Shown here piece by piece: positions 52,793 through 64,000 of a stretch of 64,000 nucleotides of DNA. The notes beneath the pieces were generated by a model that was not told the origin of the DNA, made no database searches, and worked only from the letters and a program-made list of their open reading frames with translations. Within the stretch, counting starts at the first letter, position 1, and each line of letters opens with the position of its first letter. The stretch spans positions 68,820,001 through 68,884,000 of the forward strand of contig OX597817.1 of the NCBI GenBank assembly GCA_951406725.2, in the 5' to 3' direction. This DNA comes from Octopus vulgaris. Lineage: Eukaryota. Made by a program: the position numbers and the translations under genes.

Positions 52793-54127
52793 GTCATTCG
52801 TTTACAGCTGAGTGGACTGGAGCAGTGTGAAATGAAGCATTTTACTCAAGAACACAAAGCACACAGAATTCGAGAATTGAAACCTTGATCTTCTGATCAT
52901 GAGTAAAACACCACTAACTGTTAGGCCACATGCCTTCACAATTTCTAACTATTAGCAACAATAGCATTCCCAAGGCTGCACTGATACAAATATCGATTTG
53001 TAACATTGAAACAAGGTCATGTATTTACTGTAGTGGATGTACAATGGAACAGTCAGTCCTATAATAAATGTAGTATATGTATATGGTGACCATTTAATCC
53101 TTGTAGAGCTTGACCTCTTCTTGTACATATATATATACACACACAAACATGCACACACACACACACACACACAAACACATTATTACCTATATGGACTGGC
53201 AGGCAAAGATGACCCAACAGAAATCAAAATGATTGCCAAAAGACCTTTGTCCTGGCATTTTGCCATTTTTGCCATCTATGTTTATAATGATTTCTAGTAT
53301 TTGTTCAAATTTACACCATTTAACGGAAGATTAAAGTCAATTAAATCAACACTTGTACTAATATGCTAATATATTTTTTTAATCCTGGAAAGATGAAAAA
53401 TGCTATGCTGACCACACCAGATCACAGGAATTCACATTGATATTGCTTTCGAATTTTGGTTCAAAGCCAACAAGTTCAGAAGAGGGGGTAAATCAATTAC
53501 ATTGATCCCAGTGCATAACTGGTACTTATTTTATTGACCCACCAAAAGAATGAAAGGCAATGTCGACTCTGGTGGCATTTGTGAAATTTATATTGATATT
53601 AACAACAAAACTGCCATAACAACAATGATAACAAAATTAATTTGAGTTATATGAGGCTGTTTGACCGACTAGAAATAGCATCCAACTTTCCCTAAAATCG
53701 CATAAAAGTATTCCATTTGAAGATGAACATATTCAAAAATGGTTGACCTACATAGTCCTAAAATAAAAGACAGGTTCATCATGGCTGGAATATCTCTGAT
53801 CATAAAACTATTTGTTCAGGACTGACCTAGAGCTAAACAACAGCAAATAGAAAATTAAGACCAGCCAATGAGAGATGCAAACCAAACAGGAAATGTCAAC
53901 ATGGTTGCTTGATTAATTAGAAATGGCATTCAGATCAATTTCAAATCATGTGCAACTGGAAAGGTCAGAACAGATAATAGTAAAGGAAGGCCACAATGGA
54001 TAACAGTGTCCTAAATAATATCTTATGTTTGAATAAATAAAAGGATTGTCATATCATAACTGGAGTGTTTTTGATCATAAGACTGCTCAGTCAAAGTTGA
54101 CCTAGTGTTAAACCGCAAGATTAATAT

Positions 54128-54340
54128 TGGCTTCAAGTTTTGGCTCAAGGCTAGCGATTTCAGGGAAGGGTCCAAGTCAACTACACTGAACCCCAGTGTT
54201 CAGCTGATAGTTATCTCACTGACCCCGAAAGAATGAAAAGCAAAGTCAACCTCTGCAGAATTTGAACTCAGAATGTGACAACGGACAAAATTCTGGTAAG
54301 CATTTTGCCCGGCATGCTAATGATTCTGCCAACTTGCTGG
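54128..54340 (-). mobile_element. SINE family B with 12-bp TSD
   Basis: TSD caagattaatat at 54116-54127 and 54349-54360. Confidence 0.8.
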
Positions 54341-54499
54341 TTTAATAACAAGATTAATATAACCACCAACACCACACCACACACACAGACACACACACAC
54401 ACACACACACACACACATTATGATTTCTTGCATTTCACCCTACACAGCAACAACATATGTAGTAATAAATGAAACTACAAACACAGCAACAATGACAGA

Positions 54500-55312
54500 A
54501 AACTGAAACCAGCAAGAAAATAAAAAAGAGTCACAGAAAAAGTCACAAAATAAGTCATAGGGAAAATATCACAAGAAAAATATCAGAGGAATGAAAGTCA
54601 CAGAAGAATAAATCATAGGAAATAAATAACAGGGAAAATATCACAGAGAAAAAAAGTTAGAGAAAAATACCATAGGTAAAAAATCACAAATAAAGTCATT
54701 GGAAAAAACGTCACAGAAAAGAAAATTTCATGGAAAAATGAAGGAACAGAAATGACAGGGAAAAAGTGACGGGGAAGAAATCACAGGAAGAAATTGCCAC
54801 AGAGAAGAAAAGGCTGTGTGAACAAGTCATAGGAAAGGAACCCCCACCCCGCCAAAAAAATGCCAGGAAAGATAGACATATGTAAAAAAGCATGGGAAAA
54901 ACAGAAAAAAAAAAGCCATAGATAGTCAGAGGGGAAAAATGTCATGGAAAAAATCATGGGGTAAGTTGGAGAACTATAACAAGAAGAATGGTGTAGGAAA
55001 GACGTTACATACAAAAGTCACAGAAAAATCCCAGGAGAGATACAGGTAAAAAGGCTAAGGGAAAGAGTGGAAAAACAAACAAAATTTCACAGGAAAAAAC
55101 AGAAAAAAATCATAGAAAAAAAAAATTATGATTATAAATAGCAGCCAAAAGCCACCTCAAATCACTCAGCAGTCTATGTGGCTATAGTTTCTTACTTCAG
55201 AGTAAAAAAATGATGGTTATAACTGGAATGTTTTTGATTACAGGTTTTCTCATTTAGTGGGGTTTTACATTTTTCTGTGACTTGCTTTCCTGAATTTTTT
55301 TTCTATGATTTT
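54500..55312. repeat. Degenerate ~14-bp tandem array (ggaaaaaagtcaca)n with short inverted copies; MULE/foldback subterminal-like
   Basis: Dozens of gaaaa..(g/a)tcac/tcat units at 54500-55120. Reverse-complement units (ttttctgtgactt, ttttctatgatttt) at 55268-55312. Confidence 0.7.
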
Positions 55313-55459
55313 CAACAACAACAACATCAACCAAGAAGCCAATGAAGAATCCTCCATACCAAAAATGAAGAATATCTTACCCACATTTGAATTTAAAACT
55401 GGTCTCTGACAAAGTTATTTAAATTGTGTGCATGCATGCATATGCACACACACACATTA

Positions 55460-55810
55460 TTATCATCATCATCATCATCATCATTTAATGTCCATTTCCC
55501 ATGCTGGCATAGGTTGGACAGTTTCCCTGAAAAACTGGTAAGCTGGGGGGCTGTACCAGGTTCTAATCTGATTTGGTATGGTTTCTATGGCTGGATGCCC
55601 TTCCTAATGTCAACCACCCCAAGAGTGTAGTGGGTCCTTTTCACATGCCACCAGCATGGGTGCCAGTTACACAACATTGGCATTGATTGCAACTATGATC
55701 TCACTTAGTTTGACAGGTCCCAAGCATAATATATTGCTAAAGCTCTTGGTCACTTGTCACTGCCTCTGTGAGGCCAGACATTTGAAGGGTGCCTTTTACA
55801 TGCCACCAGA
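55460..55810 (-). mobile_element. Repeat family D copy
   Basis: (CAT)n-tttaatgtcc...ggctggatgcccttcctaatgtcaaccac. Confidence 0.8.
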
Positions 55811-55962
55811 ACAGTAATAAACAAGTGAAGAATGAATATATAGCACATATGTTCAATTGGCAAAAAAAAAAAAGGGATCCATGCTGAAATATAACAATAT
55901 CTGTTTCAACACATGTCTTCACATCAAGTATTCTGGATCACAAATTCATAAACACACACACA

Positions 55963-56031
<69 letters not shown>

Positions 56032-56261
56032 GCATGGAAAACAGATGTTAAATGATGAATATGCTGATGATGATCTTTGTATTTGGTATATGGCAAACAG
56101 CTACCAGTGTTCTCATAAAAGTCCCTATGCTGCTTGTTGCTGGTTTCTGTATATTATTCCCAACTTACCAAGTTAAATGTATAGGATTGTTATGTTTGTG
56201 GTACTCCGTGTAGTGCAGGAGAAATATATTAATCTCCATCTGTGAAATATTTCTCATTATT

Positions 56262-56326
<65 letters not shown>

Positions 56327-56559
56327 ATGTGTATACAGGTTGGCCAAACAACAATACAATATGAGCTAACAAAAAATCTTTGTATTATAACTTGCCCTGC
56401 TAGAAAAAGCAATCAAATTTTCCTTTGACTATACTCTTCAACTCTTCAGAAAATATAAAAATAAGAAGGATGTCAGATAAAGAAGTCTGGAATATATAAC
56501 AGAAACTCTGAGCACACAACAGGAGAGATCTTCAGAGGAAGAAATCCTATCTGACAAGT

Positions 56560-56727
56560 ATTTCAGCCCTTAGACCTGACACTATATGGGAGCTAGGCCC
56601 ACCCAGGTCATGACTCCTAAGTGTCTTCCTGCTGCTTTCCAAAATCCTGTCTCCAACAGGATTTGAACCTGGTTTGTTCTTTTGTTCCCAGGTCTGTGTT
56701 TCAGCCCACCAGACCACTCTGACTGAC
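56560..56727 (-). mobile_element. Distinct tRNA-derived SINE-like element
   Basis: Minus strand has an A-box-like tggtctggtgg and a B box ggttcaaatcc. No cloverleaf. Confidence 0.5.
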
Positions 56728-57865
56728 GAAGGAACCATTATATTATGACTAAACAAAAACACGAGTTGTTGCTTGTTGGAATGGCTTTAAGCATAGGTGT
56801 CTTTGATCAGGGTTGACTAAGACTACACAACAACAACAACAACAACAAAAACAAAAACAACAATGATGACAGCAATAGCAACAATAATAACAACAAAAGT
56901 ATTATATCTTCAGCAATAATTCAGTCAAAGCAGAAAAGAATATGACAAAGAGAAAAAAAAAAAAATCACAAAATCTTTAATATGAAACATTAAATCCCCA
57001 TCACTATCCGTATCTGCTTCAATGGCAATAATAATATTCATTTTCTAACAGTTGGTTTGTCTTGTGTCCGTTGGTACTTTGACATTTCAGGAACTTGTGT
57101 AAACATTCTCTTTTCTCCAATCCCAGCTTTATCAACCAATATCTTCAATAAAATGGCGTGGGTCAAAAAGCTTATGGCTAGATAACCAATCTGCCAGCAC
57201 CAATCGAACTTTGTCTGTAGGTCTGTTTAAAGGTTGAGATGTTATTTAAGGATCAAGCTAAAAACTAAAAGAAAAAAAAAAAGAAAAAAGAAACCTGCTG
57301 ACCTAAATGTCTGTATGTATATATGCACATGCATCAGTATGTCTGCATAGGTGCCTGTGCACGAGTGTTTGTATGTGTGTGAGTGTCTATTGTGCATGAG
57401 CTGTTAAGACTGGTAAGAAGAAGGAACAGAGAAGTTGGACAATAGATTTACTATGTTTCAAAGTCAATAAAGGAAACAGATGGAATATGGTAATTAAAAC
57501 ACTATTGTGAGAAATCAGTTAGTTTACAGAGACATTTTTCTTAAGCGAGATAGAGCGAGTGTGTGTGTGTGTGTGTGTGTGCACGTGCACATGTTTGTAT
57601 GTGTAGGTTGAAGTGTTTGTGAGTATGTTGTCAGCCTATGAGCGATTGGAATTTGCTTTGATTTTATGTCACATTTTGTGTACAAAGGCATCATTGGTTG
57701 CAGATTTACAACAGACTTATCACGTTTTTGCTGAATTAACAATGGGAGGAACAAATATCACAGAGGATTTTTCTTCAAAAGTGCGAAATTAGCAACTTAC
57801 TTGCCAATGCTTATGTGTCTTGTTACAAATTGCATACACATGTGCATACACACTGTGGCTATAAG

Positions 57866-58038
57866 GGCAGGCATGACTGTGTGGAATAATGCTTGCTTCT
57901 CAACCACATGGTTCGGGGTTCAGTCTCAATGTGTGGCACCTTTAGGCAAGTGTCTTCCACTATAGCCTTGGGCTAACCAAAGCCTTGTGGGTGTATTTTG
58001 GTAGATGGAAACTGAAACAAGTCCATTGAAGACATGTA

Positions 58039-58081
<43 letters not shown>

Positions 58082-58293
58082 TGATGTGTGTGTATCTTTG
58101 TGTCTGTGTTTCTTCCTCCACCACTGCTTGACAACTGGTGATGGTGTGTTTACACCCTCATAACTTAGCAGTTCAGCAAAAAAGATCAAGTACCTTGCCT
58201 TAAAGAAAATAAGCTGGGGTTGATACAGTTGACTAAAATTTCTTCAAGGTGGTACCACGCAGTCTAATAATGGAAACAAGTAAAAGATAAAAG
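57866..58293 (+). mobile_element. SINE family A
   Basis: Diverged full-length copy. Confidence 0.85.
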
Positions 58294-59917
58294 ATCTATA
58301 AAATAAGAGAAGGGGAAAATCCAGATGATATTTTCAGTCAGCACCCTATGTGAAGTCCCAGTTAGTAAAATGTATAGAGAGAGGAAAAAATCATCCAGTT
58401 TATCCAAAAATGTTGTATACAAACTGAATATTCAGTAAAAGTAATGTATTCCTGGTATAGTAGGCCTTATTCTCAAGAATATAAACAAAGCAATGCAGCA
58501 TTTCTCATTGATGGTAATAACAAAAGGGCATAAAAATTGCAATAATATTAATCACAGGTTAAAAATGTGCCGAGCTCTCACTTCGGTTGTTGAAAAATTA
58601 TAAGGAAAAATAATAGGGAAATAATCACAGCAAAAAATATCTCATGTTAATAATGAAAATAGTCCCAAATTTTCACAGACTTCCCTCAAAAACCCTAATT
58701 CAAACCTTACAAACTTGGAAAGCATAACTCTATTTATTAAATATGGTAAGACTAAATATAATTATGCCAAATATTATAATGATAATAATCACTACACCTT
58801 TTAAGACAGTAAAACAGTTAATTCTAAAGTTAGATATATCACCCACCACAACAATAATAGGAAGAAAACAGATTATGTAAGCAAAATATTCCATAGTTTA
58901 ACCCCTCCTTGCTTCTTTTGGATTACAAGTAGCCTCTGATGGTTTTGGAATTTTCTTCCCCATGTTGAAGAGGCACTTACTCCCTTCCAAGTAAGTATAA
59001 CAAAATATTTAATAGGAATACTGTGAAAAAGCATAATCCACCATATTTAATCTAGCTGAGAATATAGCTACTATCAGCTGCAGCAAACCAATTAGTATTA
59101 ACAATAGCATACATGATGCTAATTATCTGAGAGATAGATGTAACTATCGTGCCTTTATTAATAATAGGCCTCTATTCAATATAGATAGAATTAATACTGC
59201 CACAATTAATAATGTTTTAGCAGCTTATATGATCCATGTGATAGTAAGGATCAATATAAGTGATCTTTAAGTAATCTGTACCTCCAAACATATTTAATAT
59301 ATAAAAATTCTGTTCAAAAACCTGATAAAGTACAATGTTGTATAGGTACCACAGAATCTAAATTATAATGGAATAATCACAAACATTATTTTAAAAAGAA
59401 AATTACTTAACTCTTCATTAGCTAAATTTATTTGGAATCTCAAGGAAGAGAGATTTAATTAGTCTCTTTTGATCAATTATATCTCCTACATTTCCATATA
59501 AAGGAGGCATGAGTAGTAGTAACTAGTGTTTTATGGAGGTATTAGAAATTCCAAAGAGAACACTTTTAACCGTTTAACCATGCTCCCATATCTAATAAAT
59601 TCATTCAAGTTCTCTCTCTTTTTCTCTCTTCTTTAATGGCAGTTTTTAGGCCAAAGTCAATCTCGATCATGTACATTTTTCCTCAAGGGCAATCTTGCAG
59701 TGACTATCATGCACAGGCATTTTAGGGCTATCTAAGACTACATTATCCAATGTGTACTTCCTTTTTTAAGATGGCGTTGTGTGAATCAAGTGATATGGTT
59801 GCTATCTCTAGTAAATTGAACCATCATGTATAAGTTCTCTTTGAAGACCAAGCATCAGGTATGAGTTACTATATGTGATAATGATATAGCGACATCAGCA
59901 ATCAGGTATTACAAATA

Positions 59918-60260
59918 TCATCATCGTTTAACATCCGCTTTCCATGCTGGCATGTGTTGGACAGTTTGACATGGAGCTGGTTAGCAAGGAACTGTCCAGA
60001 CTCCAGTTGTCTGTTGAGGCATGGTTCCTACAGCTGGATATCCTTCCTAATGCCAACTATATAACAGAGCGTGCTTGGTGCCTTTCATGTGCCACCGGCA
60101 TAGGTGCATTTATGCAACATCGGCATGGGTGCATCAATGCTGCACTGGTATGGGTGCTTTTTAAGCGGCATCAGTATCTGAAAGAACAAGCCTGTATGTG
60201 TTGAAGCCAGCGATTTTACTTAGCTTGACTCATCTTATCAAGTACAGATAGTCACCAGGT
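59918..60260 (-). mobile_element. Repeat family D copy
   Basis: catcatcgtttaacatccgctttccatgc...cagctggatatccttcctaatgccaac. Confidence 0.8.
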
Positions 60261-60469
60261 ATTACAGATTAAGTATTATATAGATATATATGAGAATTGT
60301 AACTGTAAAAAAGAAGTTGGTAGAGATGGAAGGTGAGGACATGGAATATACAGCTTGACATGAGGGGAATTTGGTATCAGCCAAATATACTGAAGAAAGC
60401 AGTTTTTTTTTTTTACTGCATACATGCATATATATATGTATATATGTGCATGTATATGTTTGTATATAA

Positions 60470-60506
<37 letters not shown>

Positions 60507-60588
60507 CATATATATTTATACATATATATGTATATATATATATATATGTATGTGTGTGTTTATATATATACATATATATATATGTATG

Positions 60589-60623
<35 letters not shown>

Positions 60624-60642
60624 ATATATATACATACATATT

Positions 60643-60729
<87 letters not shown>

Positions 60730-60813
60730 AAGGCAAAAAGCATATCATATATATATGTATTATATATATATATATATGTATGTATGTATATATATACATA
60801 CATATTTATATAC

Positions 60814-60886
<73 letters not shown>

Positions 60887-60940
60887 AAAACATATCAAAG
60901 AAGAAACAAAAAAAAAAAGATTTTTAAAAAGTCTTCTTAC

Positions 60941-61063
60941 CTGTAAGCCATGTCATCGTCTTCTGCTCCCCAGCCCCAGTACAAATTTGAATATCCATTC
61001 ACTATTTGAAAATGTTCGACTTTGAAATTCAGAACACCACCAACTAATATTGAGTATGCTAGC
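60941..61063 (-). CDS. Internal exon of a GT7-family beta-1,4-N-acetylgalactosaminyl/galactosyltransferase (BRE-4/B4GALT-like)
   Basis: Minus strand reads polypyrimidine ttttgtttttcctatttccAG|, then a 123-nt exon, then |GTAAGA. It translates (R)[40 protein letters not shown](R). This aligns with the GT7 segment LPYVQYFGGVSALSKQQFLTINGFPNNYWGWGGEDDDIFNR. Phase 2-2. Confidence 0.95.
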
Positions 61064-61501
61064 CTGGAAATAGGAAAAACAAAATAAAGTATGTTACTAA
61101 ATAGTGCAAGGTTGATGTTAAAGATCTGGAATTTTATTTTGTTCTTCCATTTTATTTAAATAAAGAAACATAGAATTACAGGTTCTGTTAGATATTCTAC
61201 TTGAGGACATATATAAACTAATAGCAATAGATATACAAGATATTCTTCCTACATCTGTATATCAGACTTTACTTATAATGATGATTATAGGATTCATGGA
61301 TATATATCTATTAACTTCAGCAAAAGTGGGTTTTTTAAATTGTGTGCTAAATTTCAATAAGTTGTGGCCATGTGGTTAAGAATCTTACTTTAGAACCATG
61401 TGATTTTGGGTTCAATCTCACTGTGCAAAACACCTTGGACAAAGCGTTTTCTTTTACACTGTGTAAAACAATTTTTTCTTGGGTAGCAACTGTTATTTTT
61501 T

Positions 61502-61919
61502 TATTTCTTTATTACACACAAGGGGCTAAACATAAAGGGGACAAACAAGGGCAGACAAAGGGATTAAGTCGATTGCATCGACCCCAGTGCATAACTGATA
61601 CTTAATTTATCGACCCCGAAAGGATGAAAGGCAAAGTCGACCTCGGCGGAAATTTGAACTCAGAATGTAACGGCAGACAAAATGCCTATTTCTTTACTAC
61701 CTACAAGGGGCTAAACAGAGAGGGGACAAACAAGGACAGACAAACGGATTAAGTCGATTATATCGACCCCAGTGTGTACCTGGTACTTATTTAATTGACC
61801 CTGAAAGGATGAAAGGCAAAGTCGATCTCAGCAGAATTTGAACTCAGAACGTAGCGGCAGACGAAATACCGCTAGGCATTTTGCCTGGCGTGCTAATGTT
61901 TCTGCCAGCTCACTGCCTT
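61502..61919 (-). mobile_element. SINE family B with duplicated body (head-body-tail-body-tail)
   Basis: Full copy 61919-61688, directly followed by a headless copy 61687-61502. Confidence 0.88.
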
Positions 61920-62916
61920 ATCAACTGTTAATTTCTATTTGCTTACCCCTTGAAAGTATGAAAAAATGGCTTATATTTCCTTTAAACTTTGCTTTTGGTA
62001 CACTAATTCAAACCCCAGAGAATTCCTCTTAACATATGACTATGATGCTCCCCCACTACTGATCATAATTACAGATGCACAAATTGCATGCCACTGAGGG
62101 ACATATTCAAGTGGTTAAGGTCAAGCAACTGACAAGCAAATCTGTGATATGAGCAGAATATTTGCTATAACGATATTTCTGCTTCAACAACTCAGCATTG
62201 AATCAGTTTGAAATTGAATGAAAAATAGGTCAGTTTCAAAACATTGATGTCTAGGCCACAAAAACAAAGTTTGAAGGGAAGGGAACAGTAGTCATTTCCT
62301 TTGATTTCTAGATAGAAGCAAATAGGAAATAACATTTACTGACCAAAGAGAAAGACAAAAAAAAATTGTTACACTTGGGCTTAAATTCTGTAGATGAGTG
62401 GTTTTATTTGTTCCCTCACACTCGAAAACTTGTGTTGATTTCTTTACAACCCTGTGACTTAGCAGTTTGTCAAAAGTGACCAATAGAATAAGTAACAGAT
62501 TTTTAAAGAAACAATAAGTACTGGGGTTGACTTATTCAAGTAAAACCCTTCAAGGCAGTGCTCCAGCATGGTTGCAATCTAATGAGTGGAACAAATAATA
62601 CATAAAAGACAGAAATGTGACAAATTCCAATGTTTTATCCTATTTTTATACATATGCTGTGAAGGTGTGTGGTTAGGATATTCAGCTCACAATCGTGTAC
62701 AGTAAAATCCATGATGGTAGATTCCAAGAAGTATAAAGTTCCAATGGTAATCCAGGTGGAGTGTTGGTATAATGGTTCAGTCCAAGAAATAGGCAGGAAG
62801 CAGATACACATCAATATATATTTTATATATACATACACATAAGTAGTCACTTAAGTGCAAACAATGTAGAAAAAATAGTACTCAAATACCAAGGGTAGAG
62901 TAATATGCTTTATTAT

Positions 62917-63164
62917 GTTCCTTCTCAAGCTATGCCAGGCTCATAAGGGCTGGTTTCCTGGTTTCAGTGGCATAGAAATTACCCACCTGGACGGGACGCC
63001 GGTCCATCGCAGGATTACTCATTTTTGCCAGCTGAGTGGACAGGAGCAACGTGAAAATGAAGTGTTTTGCTCAAGAACACAACGCATTGCCTGGTCCAGG
63101 AATCGAAACTACAACCTTATGATCATGAGTTCAACACCCTAACCCCTAAGCCACATGCCTCCAC
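62917..63164 (-). mobile_element. SINE family C with 13-bp TSD
   Basis: TSD tatgctttattat at 62904-62916 and 63165-63177. Confidence 0.9.
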
Positions 63165-63204
63165 TATGCTTTATTATAAAAGTTGTAAAATATTCATAGA
63201 ACTG

Positions 63205-63242
63205 TTACTCTGAGTTCCCTATACTTGTTCATCAGACAGTTT
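63205..63242 (-). ncRNA. Minimal hammerhead-like motif (degraded stem II and GAAA)
   Basis: Minus strand: actgt-CTGATGA-acaagtatag-GGAA-ctcagag-TA-acagt. Perfect stem I (aactgt/acagtt). Confidence 0.5.
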
Positions 63243-63342
63243 TAATGAATAATATCGTATACATACATACATACATATACATAAGTAGACATTCATATAC
63301 AAATGTATATATATATATATACACACACACACACGAATTATA

Positions 63343-63590
63343 GGTGCAGTTGTGGCTTTGTGGTTTAGAAGTTTGCTTCCCATACATATAATTCTGGGTT
63401 CAATCCCACTATGTGACACAGTGGACATGTGTTTTTACATCCCTGTAACTTAGCAGTTTGACAAAAGGGACCGATCGAGTAAGCACTTTAAAAGCAGTAA
63501 GTACTGGGGTGATTTGTTTGGTTAAAGTCTTCAAGGAACTGCTCGAGCATAACTGCGCTCCAATGAATGACAAAAATAAAATAAAATAAA
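63343..63590 (+). mobile_element. SINE family A, internally deleted
   Basis: The head joins directly to the 3' part (gtgtttttacatccctgtaacttagcag). Confidence 0.75.
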
Positions 63591-64000
63591 AAAGTGTGTG
63601 TGCATATGCATATAAGGTAGAGAATTGGATTCAGAGAATCAAGAAGGTCTCATAATAAGCACTTCTGCTAGGAATCAGCTATCAGTTCACAGCATAATTA
63701 AATTATGATGTAAGATAACATGTCCATGCAACTTAAAATCCAGGGTATACAAGCAGTAAATATTTTCATGAGGATTAAGGAACAATCATATAATTGAGGA
63801 GGTATTTCTTTCATATGATTACAGTTGTTTCATAATCTTTTTGATGCAGTATCATTCGTTTTAACATTCCACATTAATATGTTCAGGGGGGGGGGGGGCT
63901 GCTACACAACAACAACAACAACAGCATTGGTATAGCTCAAAGCATTTTCCTAAAATCTTAGAGCGTGGTATGTTTATTTGCCTAATTATCGTATTTTCCA

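Noticed and set aside
57524-57754. Minus ORF containing PLYT, reminiscent of the GT7 C-terminus
   Set aside because: No DGLNSL motif and no phase-compatible acceptor; likely chance.

Overview
AT-rich eukaryotic genomic DNA, not prokaryotic. It is dense in microsatellites ((TA)n, (CA)n, (GA)n, (ATT)n, (GAT)n) and tRNA-derived SINEs. The repeat families look like those of octopod cephalopods (Octopus); that assignment is my inference. Almost all ORFs in the supplied track are microsatellite or SINE artefacts. The one well-supported host exon is a 123-nt minus-strand exon (60941-61063) of a GT7 beta-1,4-glycosyltransferase. It carries a WGWGAEDDD motif and a Leu at the donor-specificity position, so it is probably a BRE-4-like beta-1,4-GalNAc transferase. 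I could not find its expected downstream exons in the following ~60 kb. The rest is mostly mobile DNA: at least five SINE or SINE-like families (many nested, with clear TSDs), two R4/Dong-clade LINE relics, an RTE LINE 3' end, hAT and MULE transposase relics, Tc1/mariner, hAT and piggyBac-like MITEs, and Penelope-like relics. The most unusual signal is about eight type-I hammerhead-ribozyme-like motifs from several short non-coding repeat families, some in inverted arrangements; every copy I checked deviates from the canonical fold. There is also a CpG-retaining, TE-free, promoter-like island at ~31.9-33.7 kb and candidate 12-nt minus-strand microexons. SINE family letters (A-E) are my own labels. 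Repeat boundaries are approximate and were read by eye.
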